Origin: a bacterium
GTDB taxonomy: Bacteria; Patescibacteriota; JABMPQ01; JAUVWW01
DNA: 64,000 bases
Assembly (NCBI GenBank): GCA_030603885.1
Contig: JAUVWW010000003.1
Coordinates: 13,223 to 77,222, forward strand
Direction: 5' to 3'
Below the pieces are notes generated by a model that was not told the DNA's origin, did not search any database, and saw only the letters and a list, made by a program, of their open reading frames with translations. Below, piece after piece: positions 8,758 through 17,873 of this stretch (position 1 is the stretch's first letter; every line of letters begins with the position of its first letter). Both the position numbers and the translations under genes were made by a program.

Positions 8758-10479
8758 GTGGCCAAGATTAAGATCAAAATAGAAAAGAAAAGAAAAGTTT
8801 TGCCCAGGGAAGAAATACAAGAGGTTGAACACGAGTCCACGCCTTCTATGACTGACGTGAAGAAAGAAAGCAAAGCAAAAACGCTTGTCCCCTCTCCGCC
8901 GAAAGTAATTCATCTTGAAAAAATCAAAAAGAAGTTTCAAAAAAAGAGTTTACTTTTCACTCTTTTTGTTATTATCATCAGTCTTTTGGTTTTGGGACTG
9001 ATAATATGGTTTGGGTTTCTAGCCAGAAAAGACAAAATCGTGGGCATGGTACCAGAAGAAGCTGTGTTATATGTTTGGGTAGATATAAATGAGAAGTGGG
9101 ACACTGATTTAAAAGATATATTGATTGGGGAAATACAGAAGTTGGTCCAACCTTATCACTTGGATTTTAGAAAAGACATCTTACCTATTTCAGGAAATCA
9201 ATTTGCTTTAGCTTTGTTACCAGGTACAGGTGATCAACTTTCACCTCTTTTAATTTTTGAATCAAATAAGAGAGAAGGATTTAAAGATGTTTTAAGTCAA
9301 ATTGAGGGTGACCTTAAGAAAGAAATATATAAAGAATATGAGATGAAATGTATGGATGGAGAAGATTTAGAAGGATGTTTTGTCTCTTTTGATAATTTTT
9401 TTATTTTAGCAAGAAACTTTGAGTCTCTTCAAAAGATCTTAGATACTCAAGAAGGTACTATACCTTCCTTAAAAGAATCGCCTAGTTTTAAAAGTACTCT
9501 AGCTAAACTTCCTCGAGGTGCACCAAGCCTTATTTATCTTAAACTAGAATATCTGCCTAGTATAGTTTCTGGTTTTTCAGAAAATCAAAATTACATATCA
9601 GGGCTATTAAGTTTTTTAGAAATTCAAGAGGCAAAGAATTTTGCTTTGGTTGTTTTTCAAGATACCCAGGGCCTAAATTTCGTGAGTGGTTTGGATATTT
9701 CTTTTGAGAAAAATTTTACTTCGGAGTTAATAAATTTTGTTCCCCAAAATGTAGTTAGTGTAATTTCAGGATATAATTTAGGTCAGACATATTTGGACTT
9801 AAAAAATAAATTAACTGATCAGTCCCCTTTATATTCGAATCTCATCTCTAATTTAGAAAAGACATTAAAAAGTGACTGGAATCTCGATTTAGAGAAAGAT
9901 TTAACTTTGTGGATGAATGGAGAATATGAAATAATTATTATGCCCAGGCAAGATGGATTATGGCCCGTGGCTTGTGTCTTTGAATTTGATGACCTTGACC
10001 AAGTCAAAGAAAAATTAGAATTAGTAGAGAAAGCAATAACGAGTTACTTAGCCAAAACACATCCTAAGGAAAAAGAGATTATTTTAGAGGATGGAACAAA
10101 AGCTATAGAGCTTTTGCCAGATATCGAATCTTATCAATTTTCGGATGCAGATTTTGAGGGTGTAAATATAAGAACAATATCTAACATAGATTCTAGTTTC
10201 TCGTATGCCTTTTTAGACAATAAATTAGTTGCAGCAAATCATCTTGGGCCAGTCAAATCTATAATTTCAGCTGCTAAATTTAAAGAGAATAGATTAGTTA
10301 GTCAGGAAGACTTCAAGATATCTTACGCTAAAATACCTCAACAGAATAATGGGATATTATATATAGATATAGAAAAATTATCTGATTTTCTAGGATTAGA
10401 AGAGTTATCTTCTTCTTTTAAAAATTTTATAGGGACTCAAATTAATTCAAAGCTAAAAGGATACTTACTGTTTAGATAA
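8758..10479 (+). CDS. Membrane-anchored hypothetical protein (charged N-terminus, one TM helix, large extracytoplasmic domain)
   Basis: ORF 573 aa. No confident family assignment. Confidence 0.45.
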   Translation: MAKIKIKIEKKRKVLPREEIQEVEHESTPSMTDVKKESKAKTLVPSPPKVIHLEKIKKKFQKKSLLFTLFVIIISLLVLGLIIWFGFLARKDKIVGMVPEEAVLYVWVDINEKWDTDLKDILIGEIQKLVQPYHLDFRKDILPISGNQFALALLPGTGDQLSPLLIFESNKREGFKDVLSQIEGDLKKEIYKEYEMKCMDGEDLEGCFVSFDNFFILARNFESLQKILDTQEGTIPSLKESPSFKSTLAKLPRGAPSLIYLKLEYLPSIVSGFSENQNYISGLLSFLEIQEAKNFALVVFQDTQGLNFVSGLDISFEKNFTSELINFVPQNVVSVISGYNLGQTYLDLKNKLTDQSPLYSNLISNLEKTLKSDWNLDLEKDLTLWMNGEYEIIIMPRQDGLWPVACVFEFDDLDQVKEKLELVEKAITSYLAKTHPKEKEIILEDGTKAIELLPDIESYQFSDADFEGVNIRTISNIDSSFSYAFLDNKLVAANHLGPVKSIISAAKFKENRLVSQEDFKISYAKIPQQNNGILYIDIEKLSDFLGLEELSSSFKNFIGTQINSKLKGYLLFR

Positions 10480-10498
10480 ACTATACCAGCTATAAATA

Positions 10499-10573
10499 GG
10501 TGGATAAATTGTGTATATTTCAAGACTCAACCCCTACAAATACCTGTGGATAAATGAATCAAATTGTGGACAA
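10499..10573 (+). promoter_or_regulatory. Cluster of three co-oriented DnaA-box-like 9-mers (GGTGGATAA, TGTGGATAA, TGTGGACAA; complement of TTATCCACA) followed by an AT-rich tract
   Basis: Perfect box at 10545-10553, with 8/9 matches at 10499-10507 and 10565-10573. An AT-rich stretch runs from 10575 to 10728. Confidence 0.35.
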
Positions 10574-10729
10574 CTGATTTTTTACTAAAATACTCTCTAT
10601 TTTATCCTTAGTTTAAGCCAAGATTCTACATTTTTAATTTTATATCGGAACAGTTGATTTAGCTGTTTTTTTATGCTATAATAAAGATAGAAAACAAAAG
10701 TCCATATGCCCCCAAAAGAATAAATTCAA

Positions 10730-11140
10730 TCCGAAAGGAAAGGACTAACCGGAGGGGGCTTTATCCCTTAGAACTTTTACAATTATACCCTGCCGCAGAA
10801 TAGTATGGGGTTCCTAGCAACCAGCTCCCAAGCTTTAGCTGCTAGAAATCCCCTACTATTCGTTAGGGAGCCGATACTCCCAAAGTTCAAACAAAAACAG
10901 ATTTGCTCTTTGAGCAAAAAAACAAAAACAAAACTTTGTTTTCGCAAGAGACCAAAATAGTTTCTTGCGAGAAGAACGGTAGGGGAATGACGGAGACAGA
11001 TTATCGGGCTGTCATACGTCTTTGGACATTATGTATCATCTCTCTTCCCGCCTTTTCTGCCTAGGAAAATTCTTAGTTAGAAAAGGCGGGATGAAAGTGG
11101 CAAGTGTCCGGAAGGGCACTGACGCTAAAAATTATTTTAT
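10730..11140 (+). ncRNA. Candidate structured non-coding RNA of unknown class
   Basis: An ORF-free segment of about 430 nt that is more GC-rich than its flanks. It is bounded 5' by an AT-rich tract and 3' by an intrinsic terminator. It has multiple long hairpins, for example AUAGUAUGGGG...CCCCUACUAU at 10801-10860 and a GUGUCC-GGAA-GGGCAC GNRA hairpin at 11104-11119. Confidence 0.3.
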
Positions 11141-11166
11141 GAGCGAATTCAGTGCTCTTTTTTTTG
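11141..11166 (+). terminator. Intrinsic terminator (gagcg aattcag tgctc followed by T9)
   Basis: Hairpin followed by a 9-T run, immediately upstream of lgt. Confidence 0.6.
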
Positions 11167-11213
11167 CTTATAGATATTTTCTATGATAGACTGACAACAA
11201 CTATCATTGAATC

Positions 11214-12011
11214 ATGATTTTTATGTATCGGGAGCTCTTAACTTTTACCATTTTTGGAAAATCCATTACCCTCTATTCCTATGGTCTTTTTATGTCCATA
11301 GCCCTTGTTTTGGGAATTTTAGTATTTTATAAACTAGCAGAAAAGAAAGGTCTTAGGATCTCTAGGATTTTTGACAACATTGTTCTGGTTATTCTAGTTG
11401 GATTCGTAGGCGCTAGAGTTGGTTATGTGCTAGCTCATCTAGATTACTATACCAGGTATCCTCTTGATGCTCTTAAGATCTGGCAGGGAGGGTTAGCTTT
11501 CTACGGAGCATTTTTGGGTGGACTTCTGGCAGCTTTGATTTGGTTTTTAAGAGAAGAAAGAAGGAACCTATGGAAATGGCTAGATTGTGCTATACCAGCA
11601 GTTATTTTAGGAAATGGTATAGGAAAAATTGGCTGTTTTCTAAATGGCTGTTGTCATGGAAGACCAAGCAATCTAGCTTGGGCAATAAAAATTCCTGTGT
11701 TGGAAGATAATATTGCTCGGCACCCAGCACAGATTTATGAAGCCTTAGCTTATATTTTAGTTTTTGTCATCCTTATTTTAGTAGGTCGCCTAAAGTATAA
11801 ATTTGACGGCTTTATCTTCTTTTTAGGATTAATTTTACATTCACTGGCTCGTTTTGGGCTAGAGTATTACAGAGAATGGATTATTACAGTTAGGCTAGTC
11901 AATATAGAATTTTCTGATGCACAGATTATCTGTTCTGTTATAATAATTTGTGCTATAATAGGGATGGTCTGGAGAAGAAATATATGGACAAAGAGACTAT
12001 TCAAAAATTAA
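11214..12011 (+). CDS. lgt: Prolipoprotein diacylglyceryl transferase
   Basis: ORF 265 aa with Lgt signature regions (GARVGYVLAH, GGLAFYGAFLGG). Confidence 0.85.
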   Translation: MIFMYRELLTFTIFGKSITLYSYGLFMSIALVLGILVFYKLAEKKGLRISRIFDNIVLVILVGFVGARVGYVLAHLDYYTRYPLDALKIWQGGLAFYGAFLGGLLAALIWFLREERRNLWKWLDCAIPAVILGNGIGKIGCFLNGCCHGRPSNLAWAIKIPVLEDNIARHPAQIYEALAYILVFVILILVGRLKYKFDGFIFFLGLILHSLARFGLEYYREWIITVRLVNIEFSDAQIICSVIIICAIIGMVWRRNIWTKRLFKN

Positions 12012-12385
12012 AGAAAAAACTTCTTCAAAAAAAGAAAGAATTGGAAAAGGTGCTTAAAGAGATTGCCACTAAAGATAAAGTGGTTAAAGGAGATTATGAT
12101 GCTAAATTTTTTAATATCGGTCGAGAGCTGGAAGAAAATGCTTTGGAAGTGGGAACTTATGATCTTAATTTATCTTTGGAAGCCAATCTTGAAGTAGCCT
12201 TAGCTGCCACAAATAGAGCCTTGGAGAAAATTAAAAAGAGTACCTATGGCATTTGTGAGAAATGTAGCAAAGAGATAAAACCGAAAAGGTTGGAAGCTTT
12301 TCCTCAAGCCAGATTTTGTATAGATTGTAAAAAGAAGTTAGGAAAGGGAATAAGGGAAGTGAGAGGAAAATGGGCAAGAATGTAG
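11984..12385 (+). CDS. DksA/TraR-family C4 zinc-finger protein
   Basis: C-terminal CEKCSKEI...CIDCKKK motif. The start is probably at MDKETIQ (11984) to avoid overlap with lgt. Confidence 0.65.
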   Translation: MDKETIQKLKKKLLQKKKELEKVLKEIATKDKVVKGDYDAKFFNIGRELEENALEVGTYDLNLSLEANLEVALAATNRALEKIKKSTYGICEKCSKEIKPKRLEAFPQARFCIDCKKKLGKGIREVRGKWARM

Positions 12386-12386
12386 T

Positions 12387-12869
12387 ATGGAAAAATTTAG
12401 CCGGAACATAAGAAGACCAGTACTTTATACATTGATAGGTTTACTTATTGTCTTTTTAGATCAATTTACAAAATGGTTAGCAATAGACAAAGCAAGAGGA
12501 GGTTTTTTTGTAATTCCCAAATTGTTAAAGATAGAAATTTACAGAAACAGAGGTATTGCCTTTGGTTTCTCTATTCCATATTTTATTCTATTAGTCCTTG
12601 TGATTTTGGTTTTAGTTTTTTGTCTTTTGGAATTAAGAAAGGGACTAGCTAAGAAAAATTTTTTAGTGGTCTTAGCTTTAGTGCCAGTCATTGCGGGAGC
12701 AATAAGTAATTTAATAGATAGAATACGTCTGGGATATGTAGTAGACATTCTACATTTTATTCCTACTAGATCCATGTTTAACTTAGCAGACATAGCTATA
12801 GTGGTAGGAGTAGGGATGTTGGTCTGGAGAGAGATACGAAAATCAAGATTCATAATTCACCGTTCATAA
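12387..12869 (+). CDS. lspA: Lipoprotein signal peptidase II
   Basis: ORF 160 aa with LspA motifs (FTKWLA, NRGIAFGF, NLIDR). Confidence 0.85.
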   Translation: MEKFSRNIRRPVLYTLIGLLIVFLDQFTKWLAIDKARGGFFVIPKLLKIEIYRNRGIAFGFSIPYFILLVLVILVLVFCLLELRKGLAKKNFLVVLALVPVIAGAISNLIDRIRLGYVVDILHFIPTRSMFNLADIAIVVGVGMLVWREIRKSRFIIHRS

Positions 12870-12878
12870 TTCTAAGCC

Positions 12879-14390
12879 ATGCCTTCAAAAGTAATCTCAG
12901 TTGCTATTGTTGGCCTTGAGTGCCAGCTCATAGAAGTAGAAGCAGATATATCGAGTCATCTTCCTTCCTTTAACATTGTTGGCTTACCTGATACAGCTGT
13001 TCAGGAGTCAAGAGAAAGAGTAAGATCTGCTATCAAGAATTCAGGTGCTCAATTTCCTTCCACTAGAGTGACAGTTAACTTAGCCCCAGCAGATATTAGA
13101 AAAGAAGGCCCAGCCTATGATTTACCTATAGCTTTGGCCGTTCTTGCTGCCTCAAAACAACTTCAATTTGATTGGCAAAGAAAAATCTTTGTGGGAGAGT
13201 TATCTTTGGAGGGTAAGTTACGTCATGTCAATGGCATCCTTAATATTTCTTTAATGGCCAAAGAGAAAGGGGCAGATACCCTATTTGTTCCAGAAATAGA
13301 TGCCAGAGAGGCAGCTTTAATTAAAGGGCCAAAAATTATTCCGGTTAAATCTTTGGCTCAGGTGACTTCTTATCTTAAGGAAGAGGAAGAGATAGAGCCT
13401 TATCAGAGAAGAATTAGTTTAAAAAACCAAGAGCAAGAATCAAAATACGATATGGCCTATGTTAAAGGTCAGGAGCATGTCAAGCGGGCTTTTGAGATTA
13501 CTGCTGCTGGAGCTCATAATCTTGCCATGACAGGACCGCCAGGTGCAGGAAAAACCTTGCTGGCCCGAACCGTGCCTTCGATCTTGCCTAAAATGGGTAT
13601 TTCCGAGGCTTTGGAAGTAACTAGAATTTATTCCGTAGCTGGCATGTTGCCTCATGATATGCCTTTGATTTGTCAGCGGCCTTTTAGATCTCCCCATCAT
13701 ACTGCTTCTGGAGTGGCTCTAGTTGGGGGAGGAACTTGGCCTAGGCCGGGTGAAATAAGTTTAGCCCATCGAGGGGTTTTATTTTTGGATGAATTTCCAG
13801 AGTTTTCTAGGCAAACACTTGAAAATCTACGCCAGCCCTTAGAGGATGGAATTATAACTGTAGCTCGGGCTCAGAGTACCATAACTTTTCCAGCTAAGTT
13901 CACTCTGGTGGCAGCTATGAATCCTTGTCCTTGTGGCTATTTGGGAGATCTTGGAAAAGAATGTACCTGTTCTCCCTCTCAAGTTACTAAATATCAAAAA
14001 AGAATTTCAGGACCACTTTTAGATAGAATAGATCTGCATGTAGAAGTGCCAAGACTTAAATATGAAAAACTGGCCGATGAAAGAGTGGCTGAGGGCTCTA
14101 AAAAAGTAAGAGCTAGAGTAGAGGGAGCAAGAAAGATTCAAGAAAAAAGATTTCAAAATAGCCCCTGTAGCACCAATTCAGACATGGGGCCAGAAGATAT
14201 TAAGAATTACTGTTTAATTGATAACCAAACAAAAGACCTTTTGCGGGGAGCTGTTAATCAACTATATCTTTCAGCTAGGGCCTATCATCGAGTTTTAAAG
14301 TTGGCTCGGACTATTGCTGATTTAGCAGAGAGTGAAAAGATACAAATGGCTCATGTAGCAGAAGCTTTACAGTATAGACCAAAGCAATAA
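12879..14390 (+). CDS. comM: YifB/ComM-family Mg-chelatase-like AAA+ ATPase
   Basis: ORF 503 aa with N-terminal Lon-like and AAA domains (GPPGAGKT) and a C-terminal MgChelatase domain. Confidence 0.85.
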   Translation: MPSKVISVAIVGLECQLIEVEADISSHLPSFNIVGLPDTAVQESRERVRSAIKNSGAQFPSTRVTVNLAPADIRKEGPAYDLPIALAVLAASKQLQFDWQRKIFVGELSLEGKLRHVNGILNISLMAKEKGADTLFVPEIDAREAALIKGPKIIPVKSLAQVTSYLKEEEEIEPYQRRISLKNQEQESKYDMAYVKGQEHVKRAFEITAAGAHNLAMTGPPGAGKTLLARTVPSILPKMGISEALEVTRIYSVAGMLPHDMPLICQRPFRSPHHTASGVALVGGGTWPRPGEISLAHRGVLFLDEFPEFSRQTLENLRQPLEDGIITVARAQSTITFPAKFTLVAAMNPCPCGYLGDLGKECTCSPSQVTKYQKRISGPLLDRIDLHVEVPRLKYEKLADERVAEGSKKVRARVEGARKIQEKRFQNSPCSTNSDMGPEDIKNYCLIDNQTKDLLRGAVNQLYLSARAYHRVLKLARTIADLAESEKIQMAHVAEALQYRPKQ

Positions 14391-14425
14391 CAGCCAACAG
14401 CAAGCAGCTGATTTACTGAAATCAA

Positions 14426-14455
14426 AAAGCCCTCGATTTTTTGAGAGCTTTTTTA
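14426..14455. terminator. Hairpin between convergent comM and LysM-CHAP genes
   Basis: aaagccctc ... gagagcttt imperfect stem with flanking T-runs on both strands. Confidence 0.4.
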
Positions 14456-14478
14456 ATTAAACTTTTGATTTTTAACTT

Positions 14479-15627
14479 TTAGTAGACGTATCCTTTTATT
14501 CTTCCACTTGAAGCAGGCAAAGTTCTCTCGCTAACTATTCCATATCCTTTATAATTCTGTTCAGTAATAGTTATGGTGCCGTCATTGTTTACAGATTTAA
14601 TTACACCTACATGTCCCACCCAACTTTCATTAGTAACTATAATGGCTCCGGCTCTGGGAGTGTTTCCTATTTCATAACCCTTTGCCCTAGCTCCTGATAG
14701 CCAGGTTCCCGCATTTCCTCCGATATTTTTACCGGTTACAGCATTTACATAGTTTGTACAATAACCACCACCGTAGCTACCTCTTCTATAATAACTAGGT
14801 CTAGAATAATAACTTCTTCTCGAAGCCAGATAAACCGGTCGAGGTTTGGGTTTGAGCTCTGGTTCTGCCTTCCTGCCTCCAGGAATAATTAAAACTTGTC
14901 CTTCTTCTATATCTGAAGCATTAATTAGCTTGTTGTAAGATAAGGCTTGGTCTAGATCTGCTTGATATTTTTGAACAATAGCTTCTAAAGTTTCTCCATT
15001 CTTTACTTGATGGGCAAGGCCGGTAACTGATAGAATTTTTAAAGTATCACCAGGTTTGATAACACTATCTGCATACTTAAGAAGGCTTTCATTGGCCCAA
15101 AAGATAGTGTTCTGAGAGATACCAAACTTAGCTGCTACATGAGAGACAGTTTCTCCTCCTTTTACCTCATAGGTTATGATCTTATCTTGAGGAAATTTTT
15201 GGAGGCCATTGCGGGGAGCGGTAGTTTTAACTAAGACATCCCCTGCTAGATATCTAGAAGACAAAGTGTTATCTTGATATGTTTGGTTCTGACGAGCATC
15301 AAAGGCAGAAACTGGTGAAGCCAAAGCAAATAGTTTGCTTTGTTGAGGCTTGGGAGTTTGAGAAGTATTTTTAACTACTTCTAGCTCCTGCTCGTATGAG
15401 GGTGTGATTAGAGAAATAAAAATACTACTATCTTCTTCAAGGAAATTTCCCCTGGTCTTAGCTTGTAGATTTCCTAACACACAAGCCGAAGTTAACAATA
15501 CCACAAACAGAGGAATGGCAACCTTGGATAGTAGTTTACTTAGATTAAATTTTGATAATTTTTTTGTTTGGGATGTTCGCTTCAAGAGCGAACTAGGAGG
15601 CTTACTCATCCTGGAAGGATTTTTCAA
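14479..15627 (-). CDS. Secreted LysM-repeat plus CHAP-domain peptidoglycan hydrolase
   Basis: ORF 382 aa with a signal/TM segment, two LysM-like segments (GDTLKIL.., GETLEAIVQKY) and a C-terminal CHAP domain (GYCTNYV...WVGHVG). Confidence 0.75.
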   Translation of the reverse strand: MKNPSRMSKPPSSLLKRTSQTKKLSKFNLSKLLSKVAIPLFVVLLTSACVLGNLQAKTRGNFLEEDSSIFISLITPSYEQELEVVKNTSQTPKPQQSKLFALASPVSAFDARQNQTYQDNTLSSRYLAGDVLVKTTAPRNGLQKFPQDKIITYEVKGGETVSHVAAKFGISQNTIFWANESLLKYADSVIKPGDTLKILSVTGLAHQVKNGETLEAIVQKYQADLDQALSYNKLINASDIEEGQVLIIPGGRKAEPELKPKPRPVYLASRRSYYSRPSYYRRGSYGGGYCTNYVNAVTGKNIGGNAGTWLSGARAKGYEIGNTPRAGAIIVTNESWVGHVGVIKSVNNDGTITITEQNYKGYGIVSERTLPASSGRIKGYVY

Positions 15628-15744
15628 AGGAGTAAGCTTTAGTAGAGTACGAATAGTGCTCTAAAATTAATTGCTAATTAAAATCCAGCTTATGGTGCCG
15701 GATGGATGTATCCTATCAAGGGTATATTTTCTGTCAAGGTCGAA

Positions 15745-15753
15745 TTATCCACA
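15745..15753 (+). promoter_or_regulatory. Perfect DnaA-box 9-mer TTATCCACA in a divergent intergenic region
   Basis: Exact consensus match. Confidence 0.3.
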
Positions 15754-15764
15754 ATCGCCAAAAA

Positions 15765-15818
15765 ATGCCTTAAATAAAGCAAAAAATTGTGAAATGCCTT
15801 AAATAAAGCAAAAAATTG
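15765..15818. repeat. Tandem direct repeat: 25-nt unit atgccttaaataaagcaaaaaattg twice with a 4-nt spacer
   Basis: Identical copies at 15765-15789 and 15794-15818, upstream of rsmA. Confidence 0.7.
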
Positions 15819-15904
15819 CATCTTTTTAATTTTGGCTTAAATAAGGGAAAATTCTTTTAAGAAAATTAGTAAATTAAGGTAGAAAGTGATATACTGGATG
15901 AGAA

Positions 15905-16819
15905 ATGATTCAAAATTACAGAATTTTAAATCCTAAATTTAAATATCAATCGTCTAAAAATACTTCATCTCAAGAAGTAAAAGCTCTTTTAAAAAAATAT
16001 AATCTTAGAGCCTTAAAGCAGCTTGGTCAACATTTTCTAGTAGATAAAAAAGTGTTAATAAAGATTGTTGGTGCTGCCAAGTTAAATAAAGGGGATACCG
16101 TGCTTGAGATAGGTCCTGGCTTAGGAATTCTGACAGAGGCTTTAGCAGAAAAAGCTGGAAAAGTGATAGCCATAGAGATAGACAAAGGATTAGTGAAATA
16201 TCTAGAGAAAAGATTTAAAGACCACCAGAATTTAGAAATTATTCATGAGAATATACTAAAACTAAGGACTAAGGATCTAGCTTCTCGGCTTGGCTCGAAG
16301 AATAAATTTAATTATAAAGTAGTAGCCAATCTTCCCTATTATATTACTTCTAGAGTTATTCGGCATTTTCTTGAAGCAGAGATAAAACCGAATCTAATAG
16401 TTTTTCTGGTCCAAAAAGAGGTAGCCGAGAGAATTATAGCTGAGCCTCCAAAAATGTCTTTACTTTCTATATCTTGCCAATTTTATGGAGAGCCAGAAAT
16501 AGTTGATTTTGTGCCCCAAGATAGCTTTTGGCCAAAACCAGAAATAGAATCTGCTATTTTAAGAATAAAAGTATACAAGAAGCCAAAAGTCAAAGTAAAA
16601 GATAAAAAGCTATTTTTCCGAGTTGTCAAAGCTGGCTTTTCCAACAAGAGAAAACAGCTTCATAATGCCTTGGCTGGAGGCCTACACATATCTAACCAGA
16701 AAGCAAAAGGCCTACTTAAAAAAAGTGGAATTGATCCTGCTCGAAGAGCCCAGACCCTAAATTTAGAAGAGTGGGCAAAGATAGCTGACTGCCGTAAGCT
16801 AAGTTTATCCACACATTGA
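15905..16819 (+). CDS. rsmA: 16S rRNA (adenine1518/1519-N6)-dimethyltransferase
   Basis: ORF 304 aa with KsgA motifs (LGQHFL, VLEIGPGLGILT). Confidence 0.9.
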   Translation: MIQNYRILNPKFKYQSSKNTSSQEVKALLKKYNLRALKQLGQHFLVDKKVLIKIVGAAKLNKGDTVLEIGPGLGILTEALAEKAGKVIAIEIDKGLVKYLEKRFKDHQNLEIIHENILKLRTKDLASRLGSKNKFNYKVVANLPYYITSRVIRHFLEAEIKPNLIVFLVQKEVAERIIAEPPKMSLLSISCQFYGEPEIVDFVPQDSFWPKPEIESAILRIKVYKKPKVKVKDKKLFFRVVKAGFSNKRKQLHNALAGGLHISNQKAKGLLKKSGIDPARRAQTLNLEEWAKIADCRKLSLSTH

Positions 16820-16900
16820 CTCTTGATATTAGATATGATAAAATAAAGTAAAGAAGACTGATTTTTTCGCTAATATAAAATAAAAATTAAGCAAATTATT

Positions 16901-17869
16901 ATGCCAAATACAAGCAAAGCTAAGATCATTGCCTTGGTTATTATGGCTATTACTGTTTTATTAGTAGCCTTTTTTATTGTCAAAGAGAATTTTGCTTTGT
17001 CTCAAGAAGGAAAGATTATCTCCCGAGCTTCTATTACTGACACAGACGGAGATGGGCTGACAGATGAAGAGGAAACCAAGTATAAAACCAATCCAAATCA
17101 GGCAGATTCAGATGGAGATGGAGTATCTGATTTAGAAGAGATCCAAAAAGGAACAGATCCCAACAAAGCAGATCAAATTCCTGGGGACGTGGATTCCGAC
17201 GGAGATGGCTTGACTAATGACGAAGAAGCCAAATATGGCACAGATCCTTTTAATCCAGACACAGATCAAGATGGCTATTCAGATGGTCAAGAGATAGTTT
17301 CAGGCTATGATCCTTTAACTCCTTGTGAAGGATGTGAAGGAAGAGTGGCAGGAGACTGGTCTAAGACTTTGGAAGGTCTAACAGAGGGCTTGGAGGCTGA
17401 TAAAATTTTAGAAAATGTAGATACATCTCCAGTTGAATTACCAGATATCTCAGATTCAGAGTTAAATATTACAGATGAGACTGGAAAGAAAGCAATGAGA
17501 AAATATTTTGATGAGGTAGAAAAGGTGTTAAAAAAAGATCTGCCCTTTGTAATGGGCAAGGAAAATATTCAGGCTTTTGCATCTGATGCTCTATTAATTC
17601 TCCAGAATAAAGAGAAAATAGATGAAATTACAAAACAACTAGAGACTACCTACCAAGATATAAAAAATATTCCTACTCCAAAGGAATGTAAGACAATTAA
17701 AACAAAAACATTACAAATTTTAAAAGTATCTCCTCAAATATTGAATACAATATACGATTGTCAACAAAGAGGCGATTATTTAAGTTATTTATCTCAACTT
17801 TATAAGATTCAATCCCTTTCTCTCGTCGGAGGGGATTTAGCTAAGGAGATAACCAATATCCAAAAATAA
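16901..17869 (+). CDS. Membrane-anchored protein with thrombospondin-type-3-like Ca-binding repeats ([48 protein letters not shown])
   Basis: ORF 322 aa with an N-terminal TM helix and four D-x-D-x-D-G repeats. Confidence 0.55.
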   Translation: MPNTSKAKIIALVIMAITVLLVAFFIVKENFALSQEGKIISRASITDTDGDGLTDEEETKYKTNPNQADSDGDGVSDLEEIQKGTDPNKADQIPGDVDSDGDGLTNDEEAKYGTDPFNPDTDQDGYSDGQEIVSGYDPLTPCEGCEGRVAGDWSKTLEGLTEGLEADKILENVDTSPVELPDISDSELNITDETGKKAMRKYFDEVEKVLKKDLPFVMGKENIQAFASDALLILQNKEKIDEITKQLETTYQDIKNIPTPKECKTIKTKTLQILKVSPQILNTIYDCQQRGDYLSYLSQLYKIQSLSLVGGDLAKEITNIQK

Positions 17870-17873
17870 ATAT

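Noticed and set aside
8073-8940. Minus-strand ORFs of 173, 91 and 76 aa inside or next to pnp
   Set aside because: They are antisense to a highly conserved PNPase coding region or sit in a low-complexity AT-rich intergenic stretch. No RBS or homology supports them.
10790-10860. Possible tmRNA: AAUAGU followed by GCAACCAGCUCCCAAGCUUUAGCUGCU resembles a tmRNA tag reading frame ending in ALAA
   Set aside because: In that frame the codon after GCU GCU is AGA, not a stop. The only frame ending in UAG gives an implausible tag (...PSFSC). No tRNA-like 5' GGGG/3' T-arm and CCA acceptor could be found in the region, so the resemblance is probably coincidental. It is kept only as an 'unknown ncRNA' candidate.
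11080-11140. RNase P RNA: GGGAUGAAAGUGGC...GUGUCCGGAAGGGCAC resembles the P10-P12 region (GGGUGAAAGGGUG...)
   Set aside because: No P4 strands (GGAAAGUCCGGGCU / ACAGAAACCCGGCUUA) are present on either strand, and the region ends at a terminator directly before lgt.
16980-17300. Repeated GATGGAGATGG / DGDG-encoding DNA units, briefly considered as a CRISPR-like array
   Set aside because: The repeats are in-frame codons for thrombospondin-type Ca-binding motifs within one ORF. There are no spacer/repeat regularity and no cas genes, so this is not a CRISPR array.
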